Origin: a virus
Lineage: Duplodnaviria; Caudoviricetes
Direction: 5' to 3' (one strand)
DNA length: 61,626 nucleotides
Virus record (IMG/VR): IMGVR_UViG_3300046167_000317
Coordinates: 1-61,626 of that record
The notes beneath the pieces were generated by a model. It saw only the letters and a list, made by a program, of their open reading frames with translations, was not told the origin of the DNA and made no database searches. Shown here one piece after another: positions 47,001 to 55,068 of the stretch (position 1 is its first letter; every line of letters starts with the position of its first letter). The position numbers were made by a program, and so were the translations under genes.

Positions 47001-48632
47001 TTATCTGAAACAGATAAAAAAGAGTTAATCGCTGTAGTACAAGCTAATCAAGATTTATTAGATTTTGCTGACCAAATGGATTCTGTTTTAGAAGGATATC
47101 CGGAGCCGCAAAATGACTGGCTAGCCGGTACAATTACTACTGATGCCATTAACATGATTAATACCGTTAAGAGAGCTGAGTTTTTAGAGGCATGGCAAAA
47201 TAACGCTGACGCAATATTTACTAAAGAAAACTTTAATAAGCTTAGGGCAGCATTTGGTGATAATTATGTAGAAGCAATGCAGGATATGCTCTATAGAATG
47301 AAGACTGGTAGAAACAGACCTTCAGGAGCTAACAAGCTAACAAATAAATTTATGAACTGGGTTAACGATTCAGTTGGTACAATAATGTTCTTTAATACTA
47401 GATCAGCATTGTTACAAACGTTATCTATTGTTAACTTTATAAACTGGGGTGATAATAATCCTATGGCTGCGGCTAAAGCTTTTGCAAATCAAAAACAATT
47501 CTGGAGTGACTTCGCAATGTTGTTTAACTCTGATTTCTTAAAGCAAAGAAGATCAGGATTAAAGAATGATGTAAATGCCGATGACATCGCTAACGCTGCA
47601 GAAACTGCTACTAATAAAACAAAAGCCGTATTATCCTCTATACTTAAAATGGGATTCTTGCCCACGCAGATAGCTGATAGTTTTGCTATTGCAATAGGTG
47701 GCGCTAGTTTTGTTAGAAACAGAATAAATAAATATGTTTCTGAAGGAATGGACAAACAAGCTGCAGAAGAGCAAGCGTTTTTAGATTTTCAAGAAGTAGC
47801 TGAAGAGACTCAGCAGTCTTCAAGACCTGACAGAGTATCGCAGCAGCAAGCAAGTCCATTAGGTCGTATCATATTAGCTTTTGCAAATACACCTATGCAG
47901 TACATGCGATTAACTAAAAAAGCCTTTTTAGACCTTAAGAATGGCCGAGGAGATGCTAAAACTAATATAACAAAGATAGCTTATTATATGGCTGTTCAGA
48001 ATATTATATTTTCAGCTTTACAATCCGCGTTGTTTGCTGGTTTATTTGACGACGACGAAGAAGCTTTAGATAACAAGAAAACTAGAGTGGCTAACTCTAT
48101 GTTAGATTCTATATTAAGAGGTGTTGGTGTTTATGGTGCTATTGCTTCTACCCTTAAAAATATAGCTATAGAAATCAAAACTCAAGCAGAAAAAGATAGG
48201 CCAGACTTTACAGTAGCAGCTCAAAGAGCATTAAGCATATCTCCTCCAATTGATTCTAAAATGCGTAAATTAATGGGAGCAGGTAGAGCATTTAGTTATA
48301 AAACTACTCGCGAAAAAATGGTAGGTTACGGATTAGATAATCCAGCTTTTTATGCAGGCGGTCAAATTGTATCTGCTTTAACTAACGTGCCTTTAGATAG
48401 AGCTATTAGAAAAGCGGATAACCTTAGAGTCGCGGTTGATAACGATACAAAATACTGGCAATCATTAGCATTGCTACTAGGTTATAGCCAATGGGATTTA
48501 GGGCTTATAGAACCAAGTAAAAGCAAAAGTAAAAGTAAAGGTAAAAGTAAAAGACCATTTGGAGGTACCTTAAAATACAAGCCTTCCAGATTAACAAGAA
48601 AAGATCTTATAAAAATAAAAAGAAAAAAATAA
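41079..48632 (+). CDS. Giant polyvalent internal virion protein (2517 aa): zincin HExxH, HAD phosphatase, five QFSK motifs
   Basis: HEVLH at aa 687; DFDDT (aa 1671), FILTAR, K and FADD; QFSK at aa 829, 1227, 1587, 1645 and 1834. Confidence 0.8.
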   Translation: MNEQALQDSFKLFQSQGYSGDINAYKELISTNDEAFNDAYSLFSNSGYKGGEGAFKGLMGINVVGKTNDSAVADPNAESSQEGTGSKSGDGSLESAQEDKGFLAGLKNYGEIGNKIFELTGGPAGFIAGTVVDGGKKAVKFLSGAIDNIQERVVDEPVEVPTDASSEYLMGRGFASNPSGFFESAYDGIPGAANTTINLLYGNMKDIEEASAIIGAGLYLQAKKGELGLSSEERIEVANSVKAAIKVKDSIIDKKNKELLESVGMSGISPYIYASRENLQEIEDKLLKNQKQYDTAISEEILKGTDANWAEIGGRTLGGALTSAPYSLMSMNPYSAAYMGVGIAADKFVEEIDENPDRAFWKLSGAAATTGGIEMADAWVSRRLLRAKGFLPKGKGAEKAIEQMNRGIGGKLKDIIGIGAKEGLTEVGQAIGTKISDYLWLDELPGQDEEGNVTKKGLLKTAYEIVDEGIIGAFSGGGMASVGAAVQGNDALNERAKFLLTPEYIKDDRKKLYDEYIGRAAKIKEARDSGNNRRAGALQDINDRLGIKINKLDITSSLVLDNLTQEELTEYARNVDKINALLDGKVDNALQNDVQTLQDQNNDIFDKALKRNFGENMSFAQAAAAQVGLTTTVVDNAADFNKLIKDPKTGKFITNKDGVAGAFIGGGQLIINKEIALQQGDVTVGSHEVLHPILNAMIGDINQQMPIVEEFKKQLNSREKKWVENELKRKGKKKGTAEYYGEYLTVYSEGLVNNNINFDNTTFENLKQFFTRLYKGKGFDNIDFKTGRGVYNFMSAYGKSVQEGKLSEDVLSAIDAKKVATVEAVDDTQFSKTLSDDVKATLSDNITEIKNLAKENAEIAAKFNKEPIKGAKQIRLEREVIEGVKPLVEKIVTNRTKALYDKIADDAKRGVTREQFQESMRADIETMILNEYDATKQDLEKFTVSRAYLRANNLAKRLGIESVEEGGIKQDIDTAKGITEEKTTTTKPKEPSVERGQATFDELDIVDDALIEDIKSELEKEIRTRVQKGTLAETVSVKKGRETYIVSWLENYVNKQLFKKLLKKVGAIKGTYPNTIIPTAYIDFLQDPKTFDIITKALPIKSIKKSYGKLFEIERIGREVTAEGNPVFRIKKINKTKFFKYFVEGKKSTVLERQKQLFREILTPIAKQAVADYATPENLANLNEIKNLAPDASLDVQADIILEAQLENLESQLDRYKGEKTGFDIIQFSKTVTAEQKQKISNALNPLLDTPSNNDFKYSVVLDILNGLNDVKTFEDLADLIWNAGNTTLSVTSLREYRVELLSLLANKLNYTDTVKFLISAINKYQKVYKYQQKVIGYDYSLANFKSDFSTANNIEAKVKVVEEFLKYISRSIRTLKINDITKNSDVYNKIIKPVLGDPKKYRITLEIDKQKNRSYILKNNIRLQGLTDITRIKSDFSKNVAAINKEAVEVREWLLNEAKKAQTNNDVDSFVGQLSLMSADQRGVIRKMNNAGFAFKNVKVADAILEHETEAFEVFNAWKDFAEGKITENKLNKFLDGAKVNLVPKSFDNLLKKVQKEKGWRGKARYSDPRVKKYIAKAKQNGDIIQFSKTNRDFDTFGMADIISRQMFPNAFVNKPSYAQGYDYLTPKQQDAVKAEMKNANLIQFSKTLNKAKAMVNRPDAPVKGISVWDFDDTLATTKSNVLYTMPDGTKGKIDATEFALNSEALAAQGAEFDFSEFSKVMEGAKGPLFDKAIARNKKFGNDNVFILTARPANSKYAIHEFLKGIGLDIKLENIFGLGDGTAIAKAKWVIGKVAEGYNDFYFADDAYKNVQAVQEVLEQADVKSKVHQAKVQFSKNLNKEFNNIIEDVTGIESFKTFSEAKGKVRGQGKGKFKFFIPPSADDFAGLLYKLTGKGKTGEAQQAWFKESLFDPFAKAMREFESYKQNVTGIVNQLKKDIKNVPSGLKKVNETGFTNEVAVRVYLWAKNGYDINGLSETDKKELIAVVQANQDLLDFADQMDSVLEGYPEPQNDWLAGTITTDAINMINTVKRAEFLEAWQNNADAIFTKENFNKLRAAFGDNYVEAMQDMLYRMKTGRNRPSGANKLTNKFMNWVNDSVGTIMFFNTRSALLQTLSIVNFINWGDNNPMAAAKAFANQKQFWSDFAMLFNSDFLKQRRSGLKNDVNADDIANAAETATNKTKAVLSSILKMGFLPTQIADSFAIAIGGASFVRNRINKYVSEGMDKQAAEEQAFLDFQEVAEETQQSSRPDRVSQQQASPLGRIILAFANTPMQYMRLTKKAFLDLKNGRGDAKTNITKIAYYMAVQNIIFSALQSALFAGLFDDDEEALDNKKTRVANSMLDSILRGVGVYGAIASTLKNIAIEIKTQAEKDRPDFTVAAQRALSISPPIDSKMRKLMGAGRAFSYKTTREKMVGYGLDNPAFYAGGQIVSALTNVPLDRAIRKADNLRVAVDNDTKYWQSLALLLGYSQWDLGLIEPSKSKSKSKGKSKRPFGGTLKYKPSRLTRKDLIKIKRKK

Positions 48633-48787
48633 TGAGCTTATCAGACATTAAACTTTATGCAATGAACGGAGGTACACTCGGTGTTACAACATTTACGCAA
48701 ATAGAAGACTGGTTAAAAATAATACTATTAGTAGTCACTATAGGGTATACTATTGCTAAATGGTCAAAAGTAAAAGAGGAAGACTAA
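48632..48787 (+). CDS. Probable holin (51 aa)
   Basis: MSLSDIKLYAMNGGTLGVTTFTQIEDWLKIILLVVTIGYTIAKWSKVKEED; overlaps both neighbours, directly before the endolysin. Confidence 0.7.
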   Translation: MSLSDIKLYAMNGGTLGVTTFTQIEDWLKIILLVVTIGYTIAKWSKVKEED

Positions 48788-49140
48788 TGAGGTATTTTAA
48801 GTTAGAAGAATTTGATTCGCCTGACGAAAAAGGCAGCGGCAGTAAAATGAGTGAAGAGCTTTTAAGCATGCTTGACATTGCCCGTAAAAAGTTTGGAAAA
48901 CCTATAAAAATAAACTCAGGCTATCGAACAATTGCACACAATAAAAAAGTAGGTGGAAAACCTTCCTCGTCGCACCTTAAAGGTTTAGCTGTAGATATAT
49001 CCTGTACTAACTCTGTTGACAGATTTAAGCTGCAAGACATATTAAGAGAGGTAGGATTTAATAGATTAGGCGTGGCTGGTACGTTTATTCACGTAGATAT
49101 AGATAAAAACAAATCGCCCAATGTAATGTGGGTATATTAA
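48787..49140 (+). CDS. Endolysin, peptidase M15 family
   Basis: INSGYR, SSHLKGLAVDI, FIHVD zinc motifs; ATG at 48787 (MRYFKLEEFD). Confidence 0.88.
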   Translation: MRYFKLEEFDSPDEKGSGSKMSEELLSMLDIARKKFGKPIKINSGYRTIAHNKKVGGKPSSSHLKGLAVDISCTNSVDRFKLQDILREVGFNRLGVAGTFIHVDIDKNKSPNVMWVY

Positions 49141-49155
49141 AAACATACATAGCAT

Positions 49156-49368
49156 ATGAGAACAAAAGGAACAGGGCCGCAAGGCTTAGGTGTTAAAGGC
49201 AATAATGGTTACAAAATAGGATCTGAAGACGCGCCTACTAAAAAGAAAGATGCCTGTTACAGTAAGGTAAAAAGCAGATATAAAAAATGGCCATCAGCTT
49301 ATGCTAGTGGAGCTTTAGTTAAATGTAGAAAAGTTGGCGCTGCTAACTGGGGAAATAAATCTAAATAG
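49156..49368 (+). CDS. Small basic protein (WPSAYASG motif; resembles the N-half of DUF5872)
   Basis: KDACYSKVKSRYKKWPSAYASGALVKCRK; APTKK leader. Confidence 0.65.
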   Translation: MRTKGTGPQGLGVKGNNGYKIGSEDAPTKKKDACYSKVKSRYKKWPSAYASGALVKCRKVGAANWGNKSK

Positions 49369-49369
49369 T

Positions 49370-49597
49370 ATGGCATTTAAAATGAAGCCCTCTCCGTTTA
49401 AAAATTTAAACAGATGGTTTAAAGAAGAGTGGGAAACGCCGCGAGGCAATAAAGATTATAGCAAAGGCGAGAATACATTCAGACCTACTAAAAAAATAAG
49501 TAAAGACACTCCTAAAACCTGGAGCGAAGTAACGCCTGCTTCAAAAGCTAAAGCTCAAAAAGAAAAAAACACAAAAGGCAGAGTAACTAAATACTAA
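49370..49597 (+). CDS. Small basic protein (LNRWFKEEW motif; resembles the C-half of DUF5872)
   Basis: Start at 49370: MAFKMKPSPFK-NLNRWFKEEW...FRPTKKISKDTPKTWSE. Confidence 0.65.
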   Translation: MAFKMKPSPFKNLNRWFKEEWETPRGNKDYSKGENTFRPTKKISKDTPKTWSEVTPASKAKAQKEKNTKGRVTKY

Positions 49598-49599
49598 AT

Positions 49600-49634
49600 A
49601 AAAAAAGGGGTGCCATTTCTGACGCCCCAATTTT
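49600..49634 (-). terminator. Intrinsic terminator at the convergence of the arms (probably bidirectional)
   Basis: - strand GGGGCGTCA-GAAA-TGGCACCCC-TTTTTTT; AATTTT on the other side. Confidence 0.8.
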
Positions 49635-49635
49635 C

Positions 49636-49662
49636 AACTAACTAACTAACTAACTAACTAAC
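49636..49662. repeat. (AACT)6 tandem repeat
   Basis: aactaactaactaactaactaactaac, overlapping the nrdA stop. Confidence 0.9.
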
Positions 49663-51376
49663 CATCACACGCAATACAATCTTCACTCATTGCTTGCTGT
49701 GCAATATCTCCACGTAGAACGCTTTCTGTTCTCGTATAATATAAAGTCTTAACTCCGTTTTTCCAAGCATCAAAGTGTACTTTGTTAAGCCACTTAGGTG
49801 TTGCTTCACTAGGAAAAGCTAAATTCAAACTAACTGATTGATCTATATACTGCTGTCGCAGTCCAGCTTGATTGACTAACTCTAATTGGTTAATCTCTTT
49901 AAACGTTTTAAACACTTCCTTCGCAGGTATATCGTGTCCCATAGTAATCCCATCAAGCTCAGGTATATCTTGAACGCTACCGCCATCGGCAAGTATTTTA
50001 TTCCATATTTCATTATTATTAATTTTATGTTTTCTTAATAATTTTAAAAGCGTAGGATTCTTTCTAATAAAAGTTCCTTTAGCCGATTGTTCAGTAAATA
50101 CATTAGCAGCCCAAGGTTCAATACCCGCGCTTACGTTTCCAGAGAGCTTACTATTAGAGACAGTAGGAGCAACGGCGCGCAAATGAGTATTGCGGTAGCC
50201 AGTGCCAGCACACCACAAAGGCTCACCATAAGTTTCAGCAAGCGCCATGGAAGCTCTTTCGCTTTCAATTTTAATTTGCGAAAATATTTTCCTAGTCTCA
50301 AACTGAGATAATAGACCTTCGAAAGGAATACCCTTCTCTTGTAAGTAAGTGTGCCAGCCGAGGACTCCCAATCCCAATGCTCTCCCTTTCTGTGCAGATC
50401 GTATAGAATTCTCGAATCCGCGTAATCCCTTCGCCCTTTGAATAAATTCTTCCATAACACCGTCAAGAAACCATATGGCGTCGTAAATAAGGTTAGTGTC
50501 TTTCCATTCTTCATATTTTGCTAAGTTTAATGATGATAAGCAACAGACAAAGCTGTGATTCTCATCGGTGTGTAATGCAATTTCTGAACATATGTTCGTC
50601 ATATGTACTTTTAATCCGTTTTCTTTATATGCTTTTGGATTTGCTTTGTTAACATTGCCTTTAAACATGATATACGGTTCTCCAGTTGCTTTTCGCTTTC
50701 TAAGTAGTTTACTCCATCTATTTCTAGCATCCTTATCTCCTTGTTCAAGCTTACGCATAAACTTGTCACCAACAACTGCGCATTGATGTAAATTAAGCGA
50801 CTGTCTGTTAACATCTCCTTTTGGCTCTCTGATTTCAAGCCATTCTTCAAAATCGTCGTGCTCAATATTAATGTTAACTGAAGCAGCTCCTCTTCTGACA
50901 GATCCTTGATTAGTTGCAAGAATTGTTGAGTCGTATATCTTGCAGAATGGGACGACCCCATCTGATGTTCCATTACCTGTAATTTTAGCGCCAGCGGGTC
51001 TAATTTGATTAACTCCAATACCAACTCCACCGCCGTGCTTAGCGAGTAGCATCATCTCTAAATTCTTTTGTCCTATGTCTTGTATACTATCAGCCACGTC
51101 AATACCAAAGCAACTGATAGGCAAACCGCGATCAGTGCCTGTATTAGATAATACTGGGCTAGCGAGGCAAAGCCACCCATTCCAGATGTACTCGAAGAAA
51201 GTTTCTGCCATTTCTGGCTTATATAATCTACGAGCAACTGTTTTACTGACGCGCATGTATGCTTCTCTAGGTGACTCTCCGTCAAATAAATATCCCCCGG
51301 ATATTGTCTTCTTGTATACGTCCGTATTACCCCACGCAGGGTAATCTTCTCCTTTTTTCCAATTTTCATTCCACAT
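49658..51376 (-). CDS. nrdA: Ribonucleotide reductase class I alpha subunit (no ATP cone)
   Basis: LASPVLSN, ISCF, NICSEI, APTVS, KTLYY, C-terminal CIACDG. Confidence 0.95.
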   Translation of the reverse strand: MWNENWKKGEDYPAWGNTDVYKKTISGGYLFDGESPREAYMRVSKTVARRLYKPEMAETFFEYIWNGWLCLASPVLSNTGTDRGLPISCFGIDVADSIQDIGQKNLEMMLLAKHGGGVGIGVNQIRPAGAKITGNGTSDGVVPFCKIYDSTILATNQGSVRRGAASVNINIEHDDFEEWLEIREPKGDVNRQSLNLHQCAVVGDKFMRKLEQGDKDARNRWSKLLRKRKATGEPYIMFKGNVNKANPKAYKENGLKVHMTNICSEIALHTDENHSFVCCLSSLNLAKYEEWKDTNLIYDAIWFLDGVMEEFIQRAKGLRGFENSIRSAQKGRALGLGVLGWHTYLQEKGIPFEGLLSQFETRKIFSQIKIESERASMALAETYGEPLWCAGTGYRNTHLRAVAPTVSNSKLSGNVSAGIEPWAANVFTEQSAKGTFIRKNPTLLKLLRKHKINNNEIWNKILADGGSVQDIPELDGITMGHDIPAKEVFKTFKEINQLELVNQAGLRQQYIDQSVSLNLAFPSEATPKWLNKVHFDAWKNGVKTLYYTRTESVLRGDIAQQAMSEDCIACDG

Positions 51377-51575
51377 TTGTACTATTGTTATTACTTGTTA
51401 TTGTCCATTTAGGTTGCTCTTCCGGTCTATAAGTCCAGTCAATATATGGCTTATATATTGGTGTATTATAACAAAAATCTCTACCAACTATAGCATTCAA
51501 TAAAACATCAACTTCGTCTTTTGCTATTTTGTCTTCTTTGTATAATTTTAAAATTACATTTCTTGCTTTGTTCAT
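51366..51575 (-). CDS. Hypothetical protein
   Basis: ORF track; operon context. Confidence 0.6.
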   Translation of the reverse strand: MNKARNVILKLYKEDKIAKDEVDVLLNAIVGRDFCYNTPIYKPYIDWTYRPEEQPKWTITSNNNSTNVE

Positions 51576-51853
51576 TATGATAAATATAATATTGTGTAGG
51601 CTATTGCTACGTTTAAATTAACTGCTACTAAGTTCCATTGTTTTGCTACAAACACTTGAGGTATTGATATAACACCAGCTATTATGTATGTAATCATTCC
51701 CATTTTGTCAGGTAAAATATGGGGAGACATCATCATAAATGCCGTCCCCATATATCCTAATCTACTAGACAGTCTTTCAATCGGCGTTAATCTCTTCTGC
51801 CTTACTAGACTTTTCAGCCATTTTCTTTTTAAGGTCTTCGATCGCTTGCTCAT
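51575..51853 (-). CDS. Small 3-TM membrane protein (PQ-loop / half-PnuC-like)
   Basis: Three hydrophobic segments and ISIPQV. Confidence 0.55.
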   Translation of the reverse strand: MSKRSKTLKRKWLKSLVRQKRLTPIERLSSRLGYMGTAFMMMSPHILPDKMGMITYIIAGVISIPQVFVAKQWNLVAVNLNVAIAYTILYLS

Positions 51854-51992
51854 AATCGTCCATCTGTTTAATTGTTTCTAATGTTCCTACAGCTAAATCT
51901 TTCAGCTGAGGCACTTCTCTCATTAAAAATTGAACAGCCTTTCCAAGCGTTTCAATTTTGTTTTTCATTTCTATTAAAGTCTGTTCTTTCAT
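51777..51992 (-). CDS. Coiled-coil hypothetical protein
   Basis: ORF track. Confidence 0.6.
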   Translation of the reverse strand: MKEQTLIEMKNKIETLGKAVQFLMREVPQLKDLAVGTLETIKQMDDYEQAIEDLKKKMAEKSSKAEEINAD

Positions 51993-52031
51993 TTATATAG
52001 TTGTTCGTATATTTCGTCTTCAGTTATAACA

Positions 52032-53000
52032 TTACCAAATGTCTTCAAAGTCTTCGCCTTCCCCAGCTTTCGAGTAATCCGTTGGCCTAGTGGCGAAAAA
52101 ATCAGTATGAGTGACCCCGCCGGTAAGATGATAGAACCAATCAAGATTGCCTGCTGCTTTGGTGTCATACGCAAAATACGAACCCAAGTCAACGTAACCA
52201 AGTTCCACAAGTTTTTCATTTGTTCTCTTTTTTATAAAGTGTTTTAAATCATTAGCTGATATACCTTCAATATCACCAGCTTCAAACATTTTGTCAATAT
52301 ATTTAGTTTCTAACTTAATCATAGTTTCCGCGGCTTTTATTATATCTTCTCGACATAAGTTCAGCAATTGTCCATTTTCACTGCACATATCGCGAAATAG
52401 TTTACAACCCATTTTACTATGTAAGCTTTCATCCCTTACGGACCATTTCATTTGCTGTCCAATACCTTTAAGCAAATTGCGTAGCTGAAAAGAATAAAGC
52501 ACTGCAAAAGCAGAATACAAGCTAACTCCTTCAGCGAATGCAGAGAAGACAGCAAGCGACTTAGCAATGCCAATTGGATCATTGCCATCGTAAGCAACAA
52601 GATTATCAAAACGAGCAGCCGTAGCAGGCTCATGTAAAAATGCCTCATAATCTTCTAGTTTTAATGTTTCGTTTAAATAACTATACGCTACCGCGTGAAT
52701 AGTTTCTTGTGATCCGAACATCATAGCCATTTGTTGTATTTCATGCTTAGGGAACCAACCAACTACTTTCTGTGTCCAATAATCCGATACCGCACACTCC
52801 GTCTGTGCAAAGCCAAGTAAAATGTTACCGACCAGGTTTTTTTCTTTATCATCTAATTTTTCGTTCCAATCTTTAATATCACTTTGCATCGATATTTCGG
52901 TGTGCAACCAAAATGCCTGTGCTTGTTTTAACCAACCTTCTGTGTAGTACTCAGGGTACTCAAAAGGCTTATAAGCTACTCTTTCGTCAAATAATCCCAT
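52032..53000 (-). CDS. nrdB: Ribonucleotide reductase class I beta subunit
   Basis: KPFEYP, ETIHAVAY, EGVSLYSAF, RDESLH, DFF C-terminus. Confidence 0.95.
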   Translation of the reverse strand: MGLFDERVAYKPFEYPEYYTEGWLKQAQAFWLHTEISMQSDIKDWNEKLDDKEKNLVGNILLGFAQTECAVSDYWTQKVVGWFPKHEIQQMAMMFGSQETIHAVAYSYLNETLKLEDYEAFLHEPATAARFDNLVAYDGNDPIGIAKSLAVFSAFAEGVSLYSAFAVLYSFQLRNLLKGIGQQMKWSVRDESLHSKMGCKLFRDMCSENGQLLNLCREDIIKAAETMIKLETKYIDKMFEAGDIEGISANDLKHFIKKRTNEKLVELGYVDLGSYFAYDTKAAGNLDWFYHLTGGVTHTDFFATRPTDYSKAGEGEDFEDIW

Positions 53001-53630
53001 TATAAATTTATTATGTGTTGTATAGTTTTTAATTCACTCCTCCAGGCGTCCATATAAGCTATCATATCAGCTTTTTTTGTAGATCTTGATACATTACGCA
53101 TATCATCTAAAATGGATCGCACAAACAGGTCTATTGTGTGTAATTGTGTTTCTTTATCTTCTTCCATTAATTATAAGTTGTTAACGCTAAGTCAATAAAC
53201 GGCATGTATAGCACATAAGAGGTTTGCTCTGGCTCTTCATAGGTTCTTGCTCCTAGTAATATTCCAGGGTAAAACCCTAACTCAATTGACCATAATGGTT
53301 TGTTTTCTTCTTTTTTACTCATATTATATATTTTTGCTTAATATTAATGGGGATTCGTCATTGTTTCTTTTTATTAAATAAAAGCTTTGATTTTCTGTTA
53401 TATTCAAAGGTTCGTCTTTAAAAGTTTTAGGATATTTATCTCTTACGTATTTTTCAATTCTCGCTACATCTAATTCCATATTGTTCTTGTAATTCTATTA
53501 ATTCATTATATTTAACTTTACCTCGTATTTCCCAGCTCCATTTGACAAACTTATCAATTTGACGCTCGGCATACTTTTGTCTAGCTATTCTTTTCTTTTC
53601 GAAAGGATTATGCTTATTGTCTCGTCGCAT
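53000..53630 (-). CDS. Four tandem small ORFs (53000-53167, 53167-53322, 53324-53479, 53454-53630)
   Basis: Hand-translated 51-58 aa ORFs with coupled or overlapping starts and stops that fill the gap. Confidence 0.6.
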
Positions 53631-54055
53631 TCTTTTTGATTTTGTGGTTTGTATAATGTAGTTCCTGGAAATTGTTTAACAATTAATTGTTTAAATAACT
53701 TCCAGCGCATAGGAAAACTTTCGTTTGCTCTACCTTTAGTTTCTATAATAAAATCATCGCCAATAAAATCAGGAGTGTATTTAATAGGTAAGATACGTTT
53801 GCAACCCCTATTTTTGTAATCGCCTTTTCCATTAGCCTGTCTTTCGTATACTTCGTTATCAAAATGAAAGCCGTTAAGTAAAACAAAAGTTTCTCCTTCA
53901 TATTTAGCTTTTATTTTAGCCTTCTTTAAAGCCATATACATATAACGTTCTAGCCCTGAGGCGAAGTTGATGCCATCATATGACACCTTCTTCGACTGCA
54001 CTGGGCCTCGTTTTTTGCTTTTTCTTTTATAAGGTTTCCGTCTCATGTACTTCAA
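53585..54055 (-). CDS. T7 endonuclease I-like resolvase (PD-(D/E)XK)
   Basis: FASGLE, YEGE, YTPDF, IIETKG. Confidence 0.8.
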   Translation of the reverse strand: MKYMRRKPYKRKSKKRGPVQSKKVSYDGINFASGLERYMYMALKKAKIKAKYEGETFVLLNGFHFDNEVYERQANGKGDYKNRGCKRILPIKYTPDFIGDDFIIETKGRANESFPMRWKLFKQLIVKQFPGTTLYKPQNQKECDETISIILSKRKE

Positions 54056-54290
54056 TATTTTTTAAAGCTGCCTCTTGAATATCCTCTGTATAAACTTCTT
54101 TAGCTTTTTGAAGATACAACACAGCATCCATTAATTCTTCTTGTAAATGATTAAGCCAAGCAAACATATTAGATGGGTCGTCTCTTAGTGTTACACCATA
54201 TTTTGCAAAGCCTACATCAGATCTTGATACAAACTTATCAACAACACGTTCAACAACTGGATCTCTAAATTCTATTTGTTTTTTACTCAT
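54027..54290 (-). CDS. Small all-alpha NTP-pyrophosphatase-like protein
   Basis: GFAKYGVTL...WLNHLQEELMDAVLYLQK. Confidence 0.55.
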   Translation of the reverse strand: MSKKQIEFRDPVVERVVDKFVSRSDVGFAKYGVTLRDDPSNMFAWLNHLQEELMDAVLYLQKAKEVYTEDIQEAALKNIEVHETETL

Positions 54291-55060
54291 AGTGTTTCTT
54301 TTACAAATGTTCCGTTAATCATTTTACCTTTGCGATTAGCTATTTCATTGTATGCTGAATCAATACAGTTTTCTATATCAAAACCTTCTAGCTTTGCTAG
54401 GTTTGTTAATACAACAACAATATCGCCAATTGCATCTACAATTTCTGGTTTATCATCATTAAGCAATGCAGCTGCTAGTTCACCAGCCTCTTCCATTAGT
54501 TTAACATATTGCGTTTGAGAATTACCTTTGTCGTATATACCTCTTTCATTAGCCCAAGATCTTATAAGATCAAATCGCGAGGGTAAAGGATAAGGTTGAG
54601 GCGTATGCTTAGGATTAAAAAATGCTTCATAGAAAGCTTTGTTGTAAATGTAGCTTCGGTTTTCGTTAAACATTGAAGTTCTAGCATTAGCCATTATCCA
54701 AGGTATGTTTTCTTTAGTTATTTTGAACTTACCGTTAGATGTTTCCCAACTTAAGTCTAAATTGTCCATTAATCTACCTTTCAGTTTATCTAATGGACAC
54801 GGGAATGTTGACGTCTGCTCTGTAGCGTTTATTTTCATTTTTTTGTTTTTATTAATTAAATTTGTATAAGATTGTCGGTCGACTTTATAGCCGTAAGACT
54901 TTTGAAGTTCTAACTCCATAGCTGACACATAATCAATGTCATCACTAGTAAGTAGAACTTCGTATTCGCCTGGTGCATAACCTTGTTGCACTGTAACTCT
55001 TTTATTAAGATTACGTGTAACGCCAATTTTTTTACCAGGAATGTGATAAATGTTGTACAT
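54287..55060 (-). CDS. GIY-YIG-like domain fused to a MazG-like pyrophosphatase
   Basis: N-terminal YNIYHIPGKKIGVTRNLNKR; C-terminal KLMEEAGEL...DAIGDIVVVL...AYNEI..RKGKMINGTFVKE. Confidence 0.75.
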   Translation of the reverse strand: MYNIYHIPGKKIGVTRNLNKRVTVQQGYAPGEYEVLLTSDDIDYVSAMELELQKSYGYKVDRQSYTNLINKNKKMKINATEQTSTFPCPLDKLKGRLMDNLDLSWETSNGKFKITKENIPWIMANARTSMFNENRSYIYNKAFYEAFFNPKHTPQPYPLPSRFDLIRSWANERGIYDKGNSQTQYVKLMEEAGELAAALLNDDKPEIVDAIGDIVVVLTNLAKLEGFDIENCIDSAYNEIANRKGKMINGTFVKETL

Positions 55061-55068
55061 AATTGTTT

